From assembly GCA_003566815.1 (NCBI GenBank), contig PXBT01000214.1, positions 1 to 44,259 on the forward strand: 44,259 nucleotides of DNA, written 5' to 3'. Below the pieces are notes generated by a model. It saw nothing but the letters and a program-made list of their open reading frames with translations. It was not told the origin of the DNA and did not search any database. Both the position numbers and the translations under genes were made by a program. Below are positions 24,142 to 32,742 of the stretch, piece by piece. Within the stretch, counting starts at the first letter, position 1. Each line of letters begins with the position of its first letter. The stretch is from Caldisericota bacterium (GTDB taxonomy: Bacteria; Caldisericota; Caldisericia; UBA6126).

Positions 24142-25533
24142 ATGGAGTTAGATCAAAGAGATCTTTCCCAGGTTTGCGTCATTATTCTCGCTGCTGGGAA
24201 AGGGACTCGCATGAAATCAGAAGAATCCAAAGTTTTTTTTCCTTTTTTAGGCAAGCCTCTCCTGTCCCATATATTACAGGCAGCCCAGGGGCTAAGCACA
24301 AAAAAAATTCTTGTCGTGGTCTCTCCCGCTGATTTTGATCGAGCAAAAGAACTCTATCATGATACAGCCGAAATAGTAATTCAAGAAGAGCCCAAAGGCA
24401 CGGGAGATGCAGTAAAAAAAGCTTTAAACCAAAGACCAGGAGAAAAATATTACCTGATTCTTTGCGGAGACACCCCCTTGATTCAAAGCTCAACTCTTTT
24501 ATCGCTATCTGAAATCTTTTTTAAAACTCATGCAGATGCAGCCTTGATTACAGCAATCGTTGAGCAAGCAAAAATGTACGGAAGAATCAAGCGAAATCCT
24601 GAAGGCGATATCGAAGAAATTATCGAATACAAGGACGCAACCCAGGAAGAAAAAAATATCCACGAGATCAATTCAGGAATGTATTTGTTCAAAGCTGCAG
24701 CACTGAAAGAAACTCTTCACTATCTTAAAGACTTCAATGCAGCGAAAGAAGTTTATCTGACAGACACTTTAAAACAAATCAGGCAAAAAAATGGAACTAT
24801 CTCATCCTATCAGCTTGAGGGCGAAAAAGAGATTTTTGGAATCAATAATAGAAGAGACCTTTCCAGAGCTCTTATGATGGCATATCAGCAAAAAAATGAA
24901 TCATTGATGCTTGAAGAAGGGGTAACCATTATTGACCCCGAGCATACCTTCATTGACCCGAGAGCTAAAATAGGCCAGGATAGCATTATCAAGCCCTATT
25001 GCTATCTGGAAGGGCCTGTTTGTATAGGAAAAAATGTCAGTATAGGTCCCTATGTATGCATGAGAGCCAGCGAGGATAAACCTATTGTTATCGAGTCACA
25101 TTGCCAGGTGGGACCTTTTACTTCTTTAAGAGGAGGTACTCATTTAAAACAACATGTTCATGTAGGAACCTTTGTTGAAGTTAAAAATTCAACTTTGGAT
25201 CAAAACACCAAAGCTATGCATCAATCCTACCTGGGAGATGCAGAAATAGGAAAAAAAGTCAATATTGGCGCAGGAACCATTACCTGTAACTATGATGGGC
25301 AGACAAAGCACAAAACCATCATCAAAGATGGGGCGTTTATCGGTTCTGATGCCATTCTGGTTGCACCTTTGAGTATTGGAGAGCTTAGCTATGTCGCCGC
25401 TGGATCCACTATAACCAAAGATATTCCCGATCAAAGCCTGGGCATTGGCAGATCCAGGCAGGAAAATAAAATTGGCTGGAAAAAAAGAGCAATTATTAAA
25501 AAAAATAATGAAAGCAAGGGGGATACAAAATGA
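24142..25533 (+). CDS. glmU: Bifunctional UDP-N-acetylglucosamine pyrophosphorylase / glucosamine-1-phosphate N-acetyltransferase
   Basis: LAAGKGTRM, and a left-handed beta-helix hexapeptide region (IGKNVSIGPYV..., VNIGAGTITCNYDG). The start is re-set to ATG 24142 (GAGGAG SD); the track ORF start at 24094 lies inside tRNA-Gln. Confidence 0.92.
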   Translation: MELDQRDLSQVCVIILAAGKGTRMKSEESKVFFPFLGKPLLSHILQAAQGLSTKKILVVVSPADFDRAKELYHDTAEIVIQEEPKGTGDAVKKALNQRPGEKYYLILCGDTPLIQSSTLLSLSEIFFKTHADAALITAIVEQAKMYGRIKRNPEGDIEEIIEYKDATQEEKNIHEINSGMYLFKAAALKETLHYLKDFNAAKEVYLTDTLKQIRQKNGTISSYQLEGEKEIFGINNRRDLSRALMMAYQQKNESLMLEEGVTIIDPEHTFIDPRAKIGQDSIIKPYCYLEGPVCIGKNVSIGPYVCMRASEDKPIVIESHCQVGPFTSLRGGTHLKQHVHVGTFVEVKNSTLDQNTKAMHQSYLGDAEIGKKVNIGAGTITCNYDGQTKHKTIIKDGAFIGSDAILVAPLSIGELSYVAAGSTITKDIPDQSLGIGRSRQENKIGWKKRAIIKKNNESKGDTK

Positions 25534-26528
25534 ACACCAACAATGAGTATCATGTTTTTTCAGGCCATTCCAATCCCGAGCTTGCCCAGGAAGTGTGCAA
25601 ATATCTATCAAAGGATCCTGCTCCAGTTGATGTTTCCCATTTTTCCGACGGAGAAATACATGTTCGGTCCAAGATAAATGTAAGAGGAAAAGAAGTTTTT
25701 GTCATCCAGTCCACCAATCAGCCTTCAGACAACTTGATGGAATTGCTGATTATTATTGACTCTTTAAAAAGAGCTTCAGCAGAAAAAATCACTGCCATTA
25801 TCCCTTATTTTGGATATGCTCGTCAGGATCGTAAAACCCAGGCGCGAGAGCCTATTACAGCCAAGCTTGTTTCCAATCTTATCAGCACAGCAGGAGCTAA
25901 TCGAGTTATTAGTATAGATTTGCATGCAGGGCAAATTCAGGGTTTTTTTGATATTCCTTCTGACAATCTCACTGCTGTATTGCTATTTTCAAAATTTATC
26001 CGTAACAAAAAAGCAGAAAATATAGTCATTGTATCTCCTGATGTGGGGGGAGTTAATCGAGTCAAACAGCTAAGCGTACTGGTTGGATCCAATTTTGCTA
26101 TTTGTTCAAAAAATAGAGAAGAAAGTGATCGTGTGGAAAGCATCAACCTCATAGGGAATGTAAGAAATAAAACTGCTATTCTGCTGGATGATATTATTTC
26201 CACAGCTTCGACTCTTACCCTTGCAGCCAATGAATTAAAAAAACAAGGAGCAGCAAAAGTGTTGGCTTTTGCCACTCATGGTATATTTGTTGAAAATGCC
26301 ATGGAAAAAATTACCCAATCTCCCATTGATGAAGTTTATATCACCAATACCATCCGCATTGATAAAAAGAAGCTTGATGCATGCCCAAAACTAAAAATTT
26401 TATCCATTGCTCCCCTGATTGGAGAAGCCATTGAAAGAGTATATCACAAACGTTCTTTGTCAGAATTATTTGATGATTGCAAGCGAACTTCACTATTTAA
26501 TCAAATTGAAGAAGCTCCAAGATATTGA
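25530..26528 (+). CDS. prs: Ribose-phosphate pyrophosphokinase
   Basis: YFGYARQDRK, DLHAGQIQGFF, and the PRPP loop ILLDDIISTASTL. ATGA overlap with the glmU stop. Confidence 0.93.
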   Translation: MNTNNEYHVFSGHSNPELAQEVCKYLSKDPAPVDVSHFSDGEIHVRSKINVRGKEVFVIQSTNQPSDNLMELLIIIDSLKRASAEKITAIIPYFGYARQDRKTQAREPITAKLVSNLISTAGANRVISIDLHAGQIQGFFDIPSDNLTAVLLFSKFIRNKKAENIVIVSPDVGGVNRVKQLSVLVGSNFAICSKNREESDRVESINLIGNVRNKTAILLDDIISTASTLTLAANELKKQGAAKVLAFATHGIFVENAMEKITQSPIDEVYITNTIRIDKKKLDACPKLKILSIAPLIGEAIERVYHKRSLSELFDDCKRTSLFNQIEEAPRY

Positions 26529-26606
26529 CAAAGATTCAATGCATTCCTACAATCTTTATTTTGGTATTTGATTTGAGTTCATTTAGAAAAAGGAGATTCG
26601 AAGAAA

Positions 26607-27236
26607 ATGAAAACATTTGATATTGCATTAAAAAACCGAGGAGCAAAGGATCCTGAAATGCTCCTTGCAGTGTTATATGGTCATGGCATTGAAGGGAGCA
26701 TCCCTTGCATGGTTCACAAAAAAGATTTTATCAAGCTGGCAAAAACCAATGGACGCAACATAATTTTAAACTGCCAAATGGATGACAAAACTTATCCTTC
26801 TCTAATCAAGGATATCCAAAAAGATGTCATCACGCTCGAACCCATCCATCTTGATCTCATCGCAGTTTCTCTCGATCAGGAAATTACCATGAGTGTCAAG
26901 GTAAATCTTGAAGGTGATTGCATTGGTATAAAAAATGGAGGAGTCTTGCAGCAAAGCACTTTTCATATTGACATTAAAGGTAAACCCATAGACCTTCCTG
27001 AATCAATCACGATTGATACTTCTCTGATGGATATTGGCACTCATATTAAAGCTTCCGACCTTCCTCTTGAAGAGAATTTCAGTTTGATTACGCCAGAATA
27101 TGAAAGCATTCTGACCATACAGGAACCCAAAATTGAAATGATTGCAGAAGAAGAAACACCTGCTGAAGGAGAAGGTTCAGCTGATGCTCAGGAGTCTGGC
27201 GAAGAAACCAAAACTCCTGAAGCTGCTGGAAACTAA
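26607..27236 (+). CDS. rplY: 50S ribosomal protein L25 / general stress protein Ctc form, with acidic C-terminal tail
   Basis: AAGGAG SD. An L25/Ctc two-domain pattern (LLAVLYGHG..., HLDLIAVSLDQEITMSVKVNLEG...GGVLQQ). It occupies the conserved glmU-prs-ctc position. Confidence 0.8.
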   Translation: MKTFDIALKNRGAKDPEMLLAVLYGHGIEGSIPCMVHKKDFIKLAKTNGRNIILNCQMDDKTYPSLIKDIQKDVITLEPIHLDLIAVSLDQEITMSVKVNLEGDCIGIKNGGVLQQSTFHIDIKGKPIDLPESITIDTSLMDIGTHIKASDLPLEENFSLITPEYESILTIQEPKIEMIAEEETPAEGEGSADAQESGEETKTPEAAGN

Positions 27237-27958
27237 ATCCCGTTCCATTGAGTTAAACGAGTTACATAAGCACCCTGCCTGCTTTTTACCAGCAGATGGG
27301 GTGCTTCTTTCATATACCAGGCAGTCATTCCTGTAGCGGAAAAGTATAGCTGGTATGTTTCGAGATTCTCATCCTTGTATGCGATAGTATCTGTTCCCAA
27401 AAAATCAATATTGGTCTCACTCTGCGCTTCTCTTCTTGTATGGATGGTTTTGGTGGCAATTTGATTATAAGATTCAAAAGGAAAAGCCTGCATGATATGT
27501 TGCATCACTTCTTGCTCTATCAGAGGCTCTCTTCCATAATAAACTCTATTTTTGGAAGGCCTTCTTGCCGTTTTATTTTCCACAAAATAAGAACGGGAAA
27601 CCGTTTCTCCTCTTATCAAAATCTCCTGGTCAGCATCATCAGGCGCTACGATCTCAACATAATTAGGCTGGAGGGTTTGCTGATCCATCCTGACTCGCAG
27701 GATCTGTTTTTCTTCGATTGAAATCATTTCCTGGATCAGGATAATTTCGCCAAATTCAACAAAAGTATGATTCCAATATTCTTCCACCACATTATCGTTT
27801 TGATCAGTTTTCCGATAAAAAGAAACTGAACCGTTTCTTAAATTTTCTGTTCTCCAAAAAGAAGGACCCTCTTCCCTATCTGGAGTGCAGGCTATAAAAA
27901 AACAAGAGATAAAACTTAAAATGATCAAATTTGACAAGAAAAAATGGAATCTTCTCAT
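27233..27958 (-). CDS. Hypothetical lipoprotein
   Basis: The signal peptide has a lipobox-like FFIAC. I recognise no family. ATGA-type 4-nt overlap with the upstream gene. Its stop (27233-27235) overlaps the ctc stop (27234-27236) on the opposite strand. Confidence 0.6.
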   Translation of the reverse strand: MRRFHFFLSNLIILSFISCFFIACTPDREEGPSFWRTENLRNGSVSFYRKTDQNDNVVEEYWNHTFVEFGEIILIQEMISIEEKQILRVRMDQQTLQPNYVEIVAPDDADQEILIRGETVSRSYFVENKTARRPSKNRVYYGREPLIEQEVMQHIMQAFPFESYNQIATKTIHTRREAQSETNIDFLGTDTIAYKDENLETYQLYFSATGMTAWYMKEAPHLLVKSRQGAYVTRLTQWNGI

Positions 27959-28548
27959 TTTTTTTGTTTCTTCTTTTTGGTTTTCTTTTCACTCTGTTTG
28001 ATGATAGGAAATTTTCCTTCAGTTTTGGCAATATACACAAGAAACGCTGCAATCATCAAAACCAGTAAAATAACCAAAACCCATGCGCTGGTCATCCAAT
28101 TACCTTCAGGTCTTGCAGGCATTCGATCTTCATCTTCTTCAGGGCTATCCTGGATTGATAAATCAAGACCATGATCAATCATGGGAGGAGGATCGAGAGG
28201 GACCGGTTCACCCATCTCCTCAGAAAGTTCAAATTGCTGATCTCCTTCACCAATTCTTAAAGGACTTGTCTCTGTGATAGGCGCAACTTCTGGAAAACCT
28301 GAATCATCAGTATCTGATGAAAGCGTAATTTCGGTAGGAACCGGGTCAGGCAATCCACCTTGTTGCTCTGCCATTTCATAAGGAGTCATGATGTCAAATA
28401 TAGTCTCATCATCTTCTTCTGAAGCTGATGTTGCGTTAATGCTCATTGATAAATCAGAGGCATATACAGGAGCAAAAATGCTTATTGAAAACATGAAAAC
28501 CAGAAGCAATGAAATCCATAAAGTAGTTTTTTTAAAATATTCAATCAT
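27955..28548 (-). CDS. Hypothetical type-I membrane protein: signal peptide, acidic Pro/Asp/Glu-rich ectodomain, C-terminal TM helix and poly-Lys tail
   Basis: Start re-set to ATG 28548 (GGAGG, 5-nt spacer). Signal peptide ...FAPVYASD. Low-complexity acidic middle region. WVLVILLVLMIAAFLVYIA TM helix, then KKTKKKKQKK. Confidence 0.6.
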   Translation of the reverse strand: MIEYFKKTTLWISLLLVFMFSISIFAPVYASDLSMSINATSASEEDDETIFDIMTPYEMAEQQGGLPDPVPTEITLSSDTDDSGFPEVAPITETSPLRIGEGDQQFELSEEMGEPVPLDPPPMIDHGLDLSIQDSPEEDEDRMPARPEGNWMTSAWVLVILLVLMIAAFLVYIAKTEGKFPIIKQSEKKTKKKKQKK

Positions 28549-28687
28549 ACTTACCTCCACAACAAAATCTGCCTTTTAAAAATACTTCTATTATATCTTA
28601 CCCTATTTTTCACAGAAAATTAATACTTTTTTTAGCATTGAAAGCCATTAAAATTTTGCTATGCTTTTATTGTTTCCTATAAAGTGT

Positions 28688-28762
28688 GGGCGGTTAGTTC
28701 AGAGGTAGAACGCTTCGTTGACACCGAAGAGGTCAGAGGTTCAATTCCTCTATCGCCCACCA
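28688..28762 (+). tRNA. tRNA-Val (anticodon GAC), CCA encoded
   Basis: Acceptor GGGCGGT/ATCGCCC, D-arm TAGTTCAGAGGTAGAAC, anticodon stem CTTCG/CGAAG with loop TTGACAC, T-arm AGAGG-TTCAATT-CCTCT, ACCA end. Confidence 0.9.
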
Positions 28763-28790
28763 TACCTTTAGAACTTTTTCTCATTCGCTT

Positions 28791-28820
28791 ATTGATATAT
28801 CAATTGTTTATGTTTATATT
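28791..28820 (+). promoter_or_regulatory. 14-bp perfect palindrome ATTGATATATCAAT overlapping a candidate promoter (TTGATA-17 nt-TATATT)
   Basis: Palindrome at 28791-28804. -35 TTGATA at 28792-28797 and -10 TATATT at 28815-28820, ending about 10 nt upstream of ATG 28831. Confidence 0.35.
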
Positions 28821-28830
28821 ATTAGCCTGT

Positions 28831-29673
28831 ATGAATAATGAAATGAACGATAAACACGATTTGGATAAAATGGATGCAGGAGAAAAAAAGCGTTTTGTTC
28901 AATACCAAAAGCTTATTGCCTCTGACTTAAAGCAATTCCTTAAAAAGAAGGCCTACCCCCAAATTGCTGCTTGTTTCAGAGATCCTGTGCTGAGTCATCA
29001 AATTTTAGCAATCAAAGCTTTTACCTCTCTTTATGAAGAGTTCAATGAAGAAACAGACAAACTTCTTGATGTTATGCTTCGATCTTTTCTTTCCAACCAA
29101 AAATTTGTTGCCATAACTTTGCTGGTCAATATCTCTTTTACTCATCCCGATTATGCTTTCCCAAAAATTGCCAAACATGCCTCTCAAAACAAGGAATTGG
29201 TGGAAATAGTTTCAGATGCTTTGAAAGTTAAGTGGCAGGATCGTCAACATGATTTGATTGATCAATTCATTCAATATTGGGACCTAAAAAATCAACACAA
29301 CCTTAAAAAAGTTGCAATAATGAGCTTAAACCCTCATAGTAACGAAGAAACCGACAAGATGCTCGATTTTTTAAGCATATTTATGCATGAATCCGATGCA
29401 TTTTTGCAAAATCAAATTGCTATCAAAATCAAGGATCTTTATGTCCGAGAGCCCTATTTTGTGGAATCAAAAATGCGTGAATGGATGAAGGACATTGACC
29501 CCGTTCATGGGTCTCAAATCGTAGTACTTGCTTTTAAGGAGATCAACAAGCGTCAGGATCCCAACCTATTGGATCGCACTTGTCTCATCCTTGAAAATTG
29601 GAGCAAAAATGCCACTCCAACTATTCAGGAAACTGCATTAAAAGTTCTTTCCATACTTAAGGAAAGAAGATAA
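28831..29673 (+). CDS. Hypothetical all-alpha (HEAT/ARM-like repeat) protein
   Basis: The track ORF starts (GTG 28684) inside tRNA-Val, so the real start must be downstream. Candidates are ATG 28810, 28831 and 28843, and none has an SD. The sequence is helical-repeat-like; I could not assign a family with confidence (a DNA-alkylation-repair-type HEAT fold is one possibility). Confidence 0.5.
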   Translation: MNNEMNDKHDLDKMDAGEKKRFVQYQKLIASDLKQFLKKKAYPQIAACFRDPVLSHQILAIKAFTSLYEEFNEETDKLLDVMLRSFLSNQKFVAITLLVNISFTHPDYAFPKIAKHASQNKELVEIVSDALKVKWQDRQHDLIDQFIQYWDLKNQHNLKKVAIMSLNPHSNEETDKMLDFLSIFMHESDAFLQNQIAIKIKDLYVREPYFVESKMREWMKDIDPVHGSQIVVLAFKEINKRQDPNLLDRTCLILENWSKNATPTIQETALKVLSILKERR

Positions 29674-29677
29674 GCCT

Positions 29678-30961
29678 CTATCCTTCTTCCATTTTTGACT
29701 TCATATCCTGCTTGAGCCTTTTAATTGCTTTTGCTTCAATTTGACGAATTCTCTCTCTTGTTACATTAAATATCCTGCCCACATCCTCGAGAGTATGGGG
29801 CTTAATATTTTCCAGCCCAAATCGAAGTCTCAGGATTTCTCGTTCTCGTGGAGTTAAAGAATCAAGCACTTCATTGAGCTGAACCTTGAAATGTTCATCG
29901 ATCACTTTTTCTTCAGGAGAAGAAACCCTCTTATCTTCGACAAAATCACCCAGACGATTATCTTTATCACTTCCCAAAGGAGTTTCCAATGAAATAGGTT
30001 CTTGAGAAACCTTCAGATATTCTCTCACTTTTTTCAGAGGCATTTCCAATTTTTTAGCGATTTCCTCATGAGTGGGCTCTCTGCCCAACTGCTGGTAAAG
30101 TTGGCGTTCCGCTCGTTGAATTTTATTGATAGACTCGACCATATGCACAGGCACTCTGATGACTCTTGATTGATCTGCCAAAGCACGGGTTACAGCCTGC
30201 CTTATCCACCAGGAAGCATAGGTTGAAAACCTGAAGCCTCTTCGATAGTCATATTTTTCAACTGCTCTTATCAAACCCACATTTCCTTCCTGAACCAGAT
30301 CAAGAAAAGAAAGAGAATGTCCTGTATATTTTTTTGCAATACTCACCACCAACCGAAGGTTTGATTCAATCAGTTTTTGCTTTGAAGTAATTTTCCCTTC
30401 TTCTATTTCTTTGGCAAGCTCAATTTCCTGGTCAAATGTGAGCAAAGGGATTTTCCCAATATCCTTCAAATACATTTTGATGGGGTCCTTTAAATCTATT
30501 TCTTCTTCGAAAAGGACTTCTTCGGTTTCATAGGTAGTTTTGCTTTCGGTGCTTTTTTCATGATTGGCACCTGGCTTGGGACCAAACTCTATCCCTTCAT
30601 CATCCAGCATATCGTACATCAAATCAATTTCCTCAGGAGTCAGTTTGATATCCTCCATCAAATCCATTATTTCTTCATAGGAAAGAATATCTCCAACTTC
30701 GTGCGTTTTAAGCAGGTAAATAAATTCGGGAAGAGAGCGAAGTTTTTCTTCTTTTAGCTTTCTTTCTTTCAAATGGCTCAAAGGCTCCATTTTTTCATAT
30801 TGCTCCACTTTTTCCATTTCTTCGGTTGTTTTTTTGGATTTTACTGCTTTTGATTCCTTTTTCTCAGGCTTTTTCTGTTTTTTTTCAGCTTGTTTTGTTT
30901 TAGATGCTTTGGAAGTTTTTTTTACTGTAGTTTTTTTCTCAGGCTTTTTTTCATTAGACAA
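29678..30961 (-). CDS. rpoD: Primary RNA polymerase sigma factor (sigma-70 family), with Lys/Glu-rich N-terminal extension
   Basis: Region 2 ([13 protein letters not shown]), region 3, and region 4 ([27 protein letters not shown]). It lies immediately downstream of dnaG with an 8-nt overlap. Confidence 0.93.
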   Translation of the reverse strand: MSNEKKPEKKTTVKKTSKASKTKQAEKKQKKPEKKESKAVKSKKTTEEMEKVEQYEKMEPLSHLKERKLKEEKLRSLPEFIYLLKTHEVGDILSYEEIMDLMEDIKLTPEEIDLMYDMLDDEGIEFGPKPGANHEKSTESKTTYETEEVLFEEEIDLKDPIKMYLKDIGKIPLLTFDQEIELAKEIEEGKITSKQKLIESNLRLVVSIAKKYTGHSLSFLDLVQEGNVGLIRAVEKYDYRRGFRFSTYASWWIRQAVTRALADQSRVIRVPVHMVESINKIQRAERQLYQQLGREPTHEEIAKKLEMPLKKVREYLKVSQEPISLETPLGSDKDNRLGDFVEDKRVSSPEEKVIDEHFKVQLNEVLDSLTPREREILRLRFGLENIKPHTLEDVGRIFNVTRERIRQIEAKAIKRLKQDMKSKMEEG

Positions 30962-32711
30962 TTCTTTTCAACTCCTCCCTCAACTGCTTGCTTAAAGAAA
31001 TATTCCCCTCTTTTTCCGCTTGAATAATGTGATCTTTCAATTGGAGCACCTTATATTTTTTTACCTTATTTTCTTCTGTTTTTAAAATACACTCAAGCAC
31101 AGCAGTATCGTTATAAAAACCTTCCTCAATAAAGAAAAGTTCAGAAACCCATCGCTTCATTTCATCATCAGGCAAATGCATCATCCATTCTTTACTTAGT
31201 AAATACCCATTTTTTTCATATTCTTTCTTTAAAAAAGAAAAAAGTTTTTGACCTTTCTCATCCGCAAAGTCATTTTCTTCAATTTTTAAAAAAATCATTT
31301 CATGAAAAGCGTGATCTGTCTTTTCGATTAGCGATTTTAAAATAATTCTTTCTCCGTCAAGTGATGGAATATTGCCTTTGGTTCTTTTTTTTGCCGGTGC
31401 TGATGGAGATCGGACTGTTGCATCACCACTCTTCAGGCGACGCAACCGATCATGCAAAATACGAATGGAAAGACCAGTGTCAAGGGCGACTCGTTTTATG
31501 ATGCTTTCTGTCAACATGTCCTCGGGGAATTTAGAAACTTTCTTCATCAAAGTCATTACAGTCTGCTCCATCCACTGTGGATCTTTTCCTTTGGCCTGCG
31601 CCCATAGGGTATCCCACAAAAAATCCCATGGATCCAATGCTTTTTGAGACAATTCTTTCCAGGCTTCGATACCCTTTGCTCGAATAAAATCATCAGGATC
31701 TTTGAATGGAGGAGGTATATTGATTACCCCACAAGCCAATTGCATGGAAAGCATAAGCTCCACCGAACGAAAAGTCGCTTGAACTCCTGCAATATCATTG
31801 TCAAAGCAAAATAAAACTTTCGAAGCATATCGAGAAGCAAGTCTGGCCTGCTCAGAGGTAAAAGCCGTACCCAACGAGGCACAGACTTCCTCAACTCCAT
31901 GCTGATACAGAGAAATAGCGTCCATATAGCCTTCTACTACAATTAATTCGCATTTATCTCTCAATATTTTGTTTTTCGCATGACTTAAACCGAAAAGATG
32001 CTTTCCTTTTTGAAAAAGTGAGTGTTCGGGACTATTTAAATACTTTGGAAGAGCCTCTTGATTAAATGATCGTCCTCCAAAGCCCACCACCTGCTCCCTG
32101 GCATCAAGGATAGGAAATAGAATTCGGTTTCTGAAATAGGGAAACCATCGCCCCATAGAATCTTTTTTTATCAGACCCAGATGTTGGCATGTTTTCAGAT
32201 CAAATCCCTTTTGCTCCAACATATCCACAAGATCTTTATCCTCATTGGGAGCATACCCCAGAGAAAAAAGTCTGGCCGTATCAGGTTGGATGCCTCTCTT
32301 TTGCATATACTTTTGAGCTGATTCATTTTCATTGTATTTTTGCTGGCAATAAGTCATGAAAAAATGAAGAACCGACTGCATTTCTTTTTTTATTTCTTTT
32401 TTTTCTACAGAGCGGTCGCTCCATGACATAGGAGGCAATCCAGCCTTTTCGCCCAGCATGTCCACTGTTTCTTTAAAGTCTAATCGTTCATATTGCTGAA
32501 CAAAAGCCAATAAATCGCCTCCCGCATGACAACCAAAGCAATAAAAAATTCCTTTTTCCCGGCTGATAGAAAATGAAGGTGTTTTTTCTGCATGAAAAGG
32601 ACAAAGTCCCACCCAGTTTCTTCCTGCTTTTTTTAATGAAATATGTTTTCCAATATACTCAACCACATCGATCTGATCTTTAATGCGCTGAATATACTCT
32701 TCCAGATTCAT
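30954..32711 (-). CDS. dnaG: DNA primase
   Basis: Zinc finger [14 protein letters not shown]...CFGC, the TOPRIM region (VVEGYMD, FDNDIAG), and a C-terminal helicase-interaction region. Confidence 0.92.
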   Translation of the reverse strand: MNLEEYIQRIKDQIDVVEYIGKHISLKKAGRNWVGLCPFHAEKTPSFSISREKGIFYCFGCHAGGDLLAFVQQYERLDFKETVDMLGEKAGLPPMSWSDRSVEKKEIKKEMQSVLHFFMTYCQQKYNENESAQKYMQKRGIQPDTARLFSLGYAPNEDKDLVDMLEQKGFDLKTCQHLGLIKKDSMGRWFPYFRNRILFPILDAREQVVGFGGRSFNQEALPKYLNSPEHSLFQKGKHLFGLSHAKNKILRDKCELIVVEGYMDAISLYQHGVEEVCASLGTAFTSEQARLASRYASKVLFCFDNDIAGVQATFRSVELMLSMQLACGVINIPPPFKDPDDFIRAKGIEAWKELSQKALDPWDFLWDTLWAQAKGKDPQWMEQTVMTLMKKVSKFPEDMLTESIIKRVALDTGLSIRILHDRLRRLKSGDATVRSPSAPAKKRTKGNIPSLDGERIILKSLIEKTDHAFHEMIFLKIEENDFADEKGQKLFSFLKKEYEKNGYLLSKEWMMHLPDDEMKRWVSELFFIEEGFYNDTAVLECILKTEENKVKKYKVLQLKDHIIQAEKEGNISLSKQLREELKRIV

Positions 32712-32742
32712 TTCAGCCTTTCATGTAATACATCAACAGTGA

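Noticed and set aside
30561-30580. A sigma-54-like TGGCAC-N5-TTGG string.
   Set aside because: It lies inside, and antisense to, the rpoD coding sequence. No downstream plus-strand gene exists, and the -12 element is imperfect (TTGG rather than TTGC).
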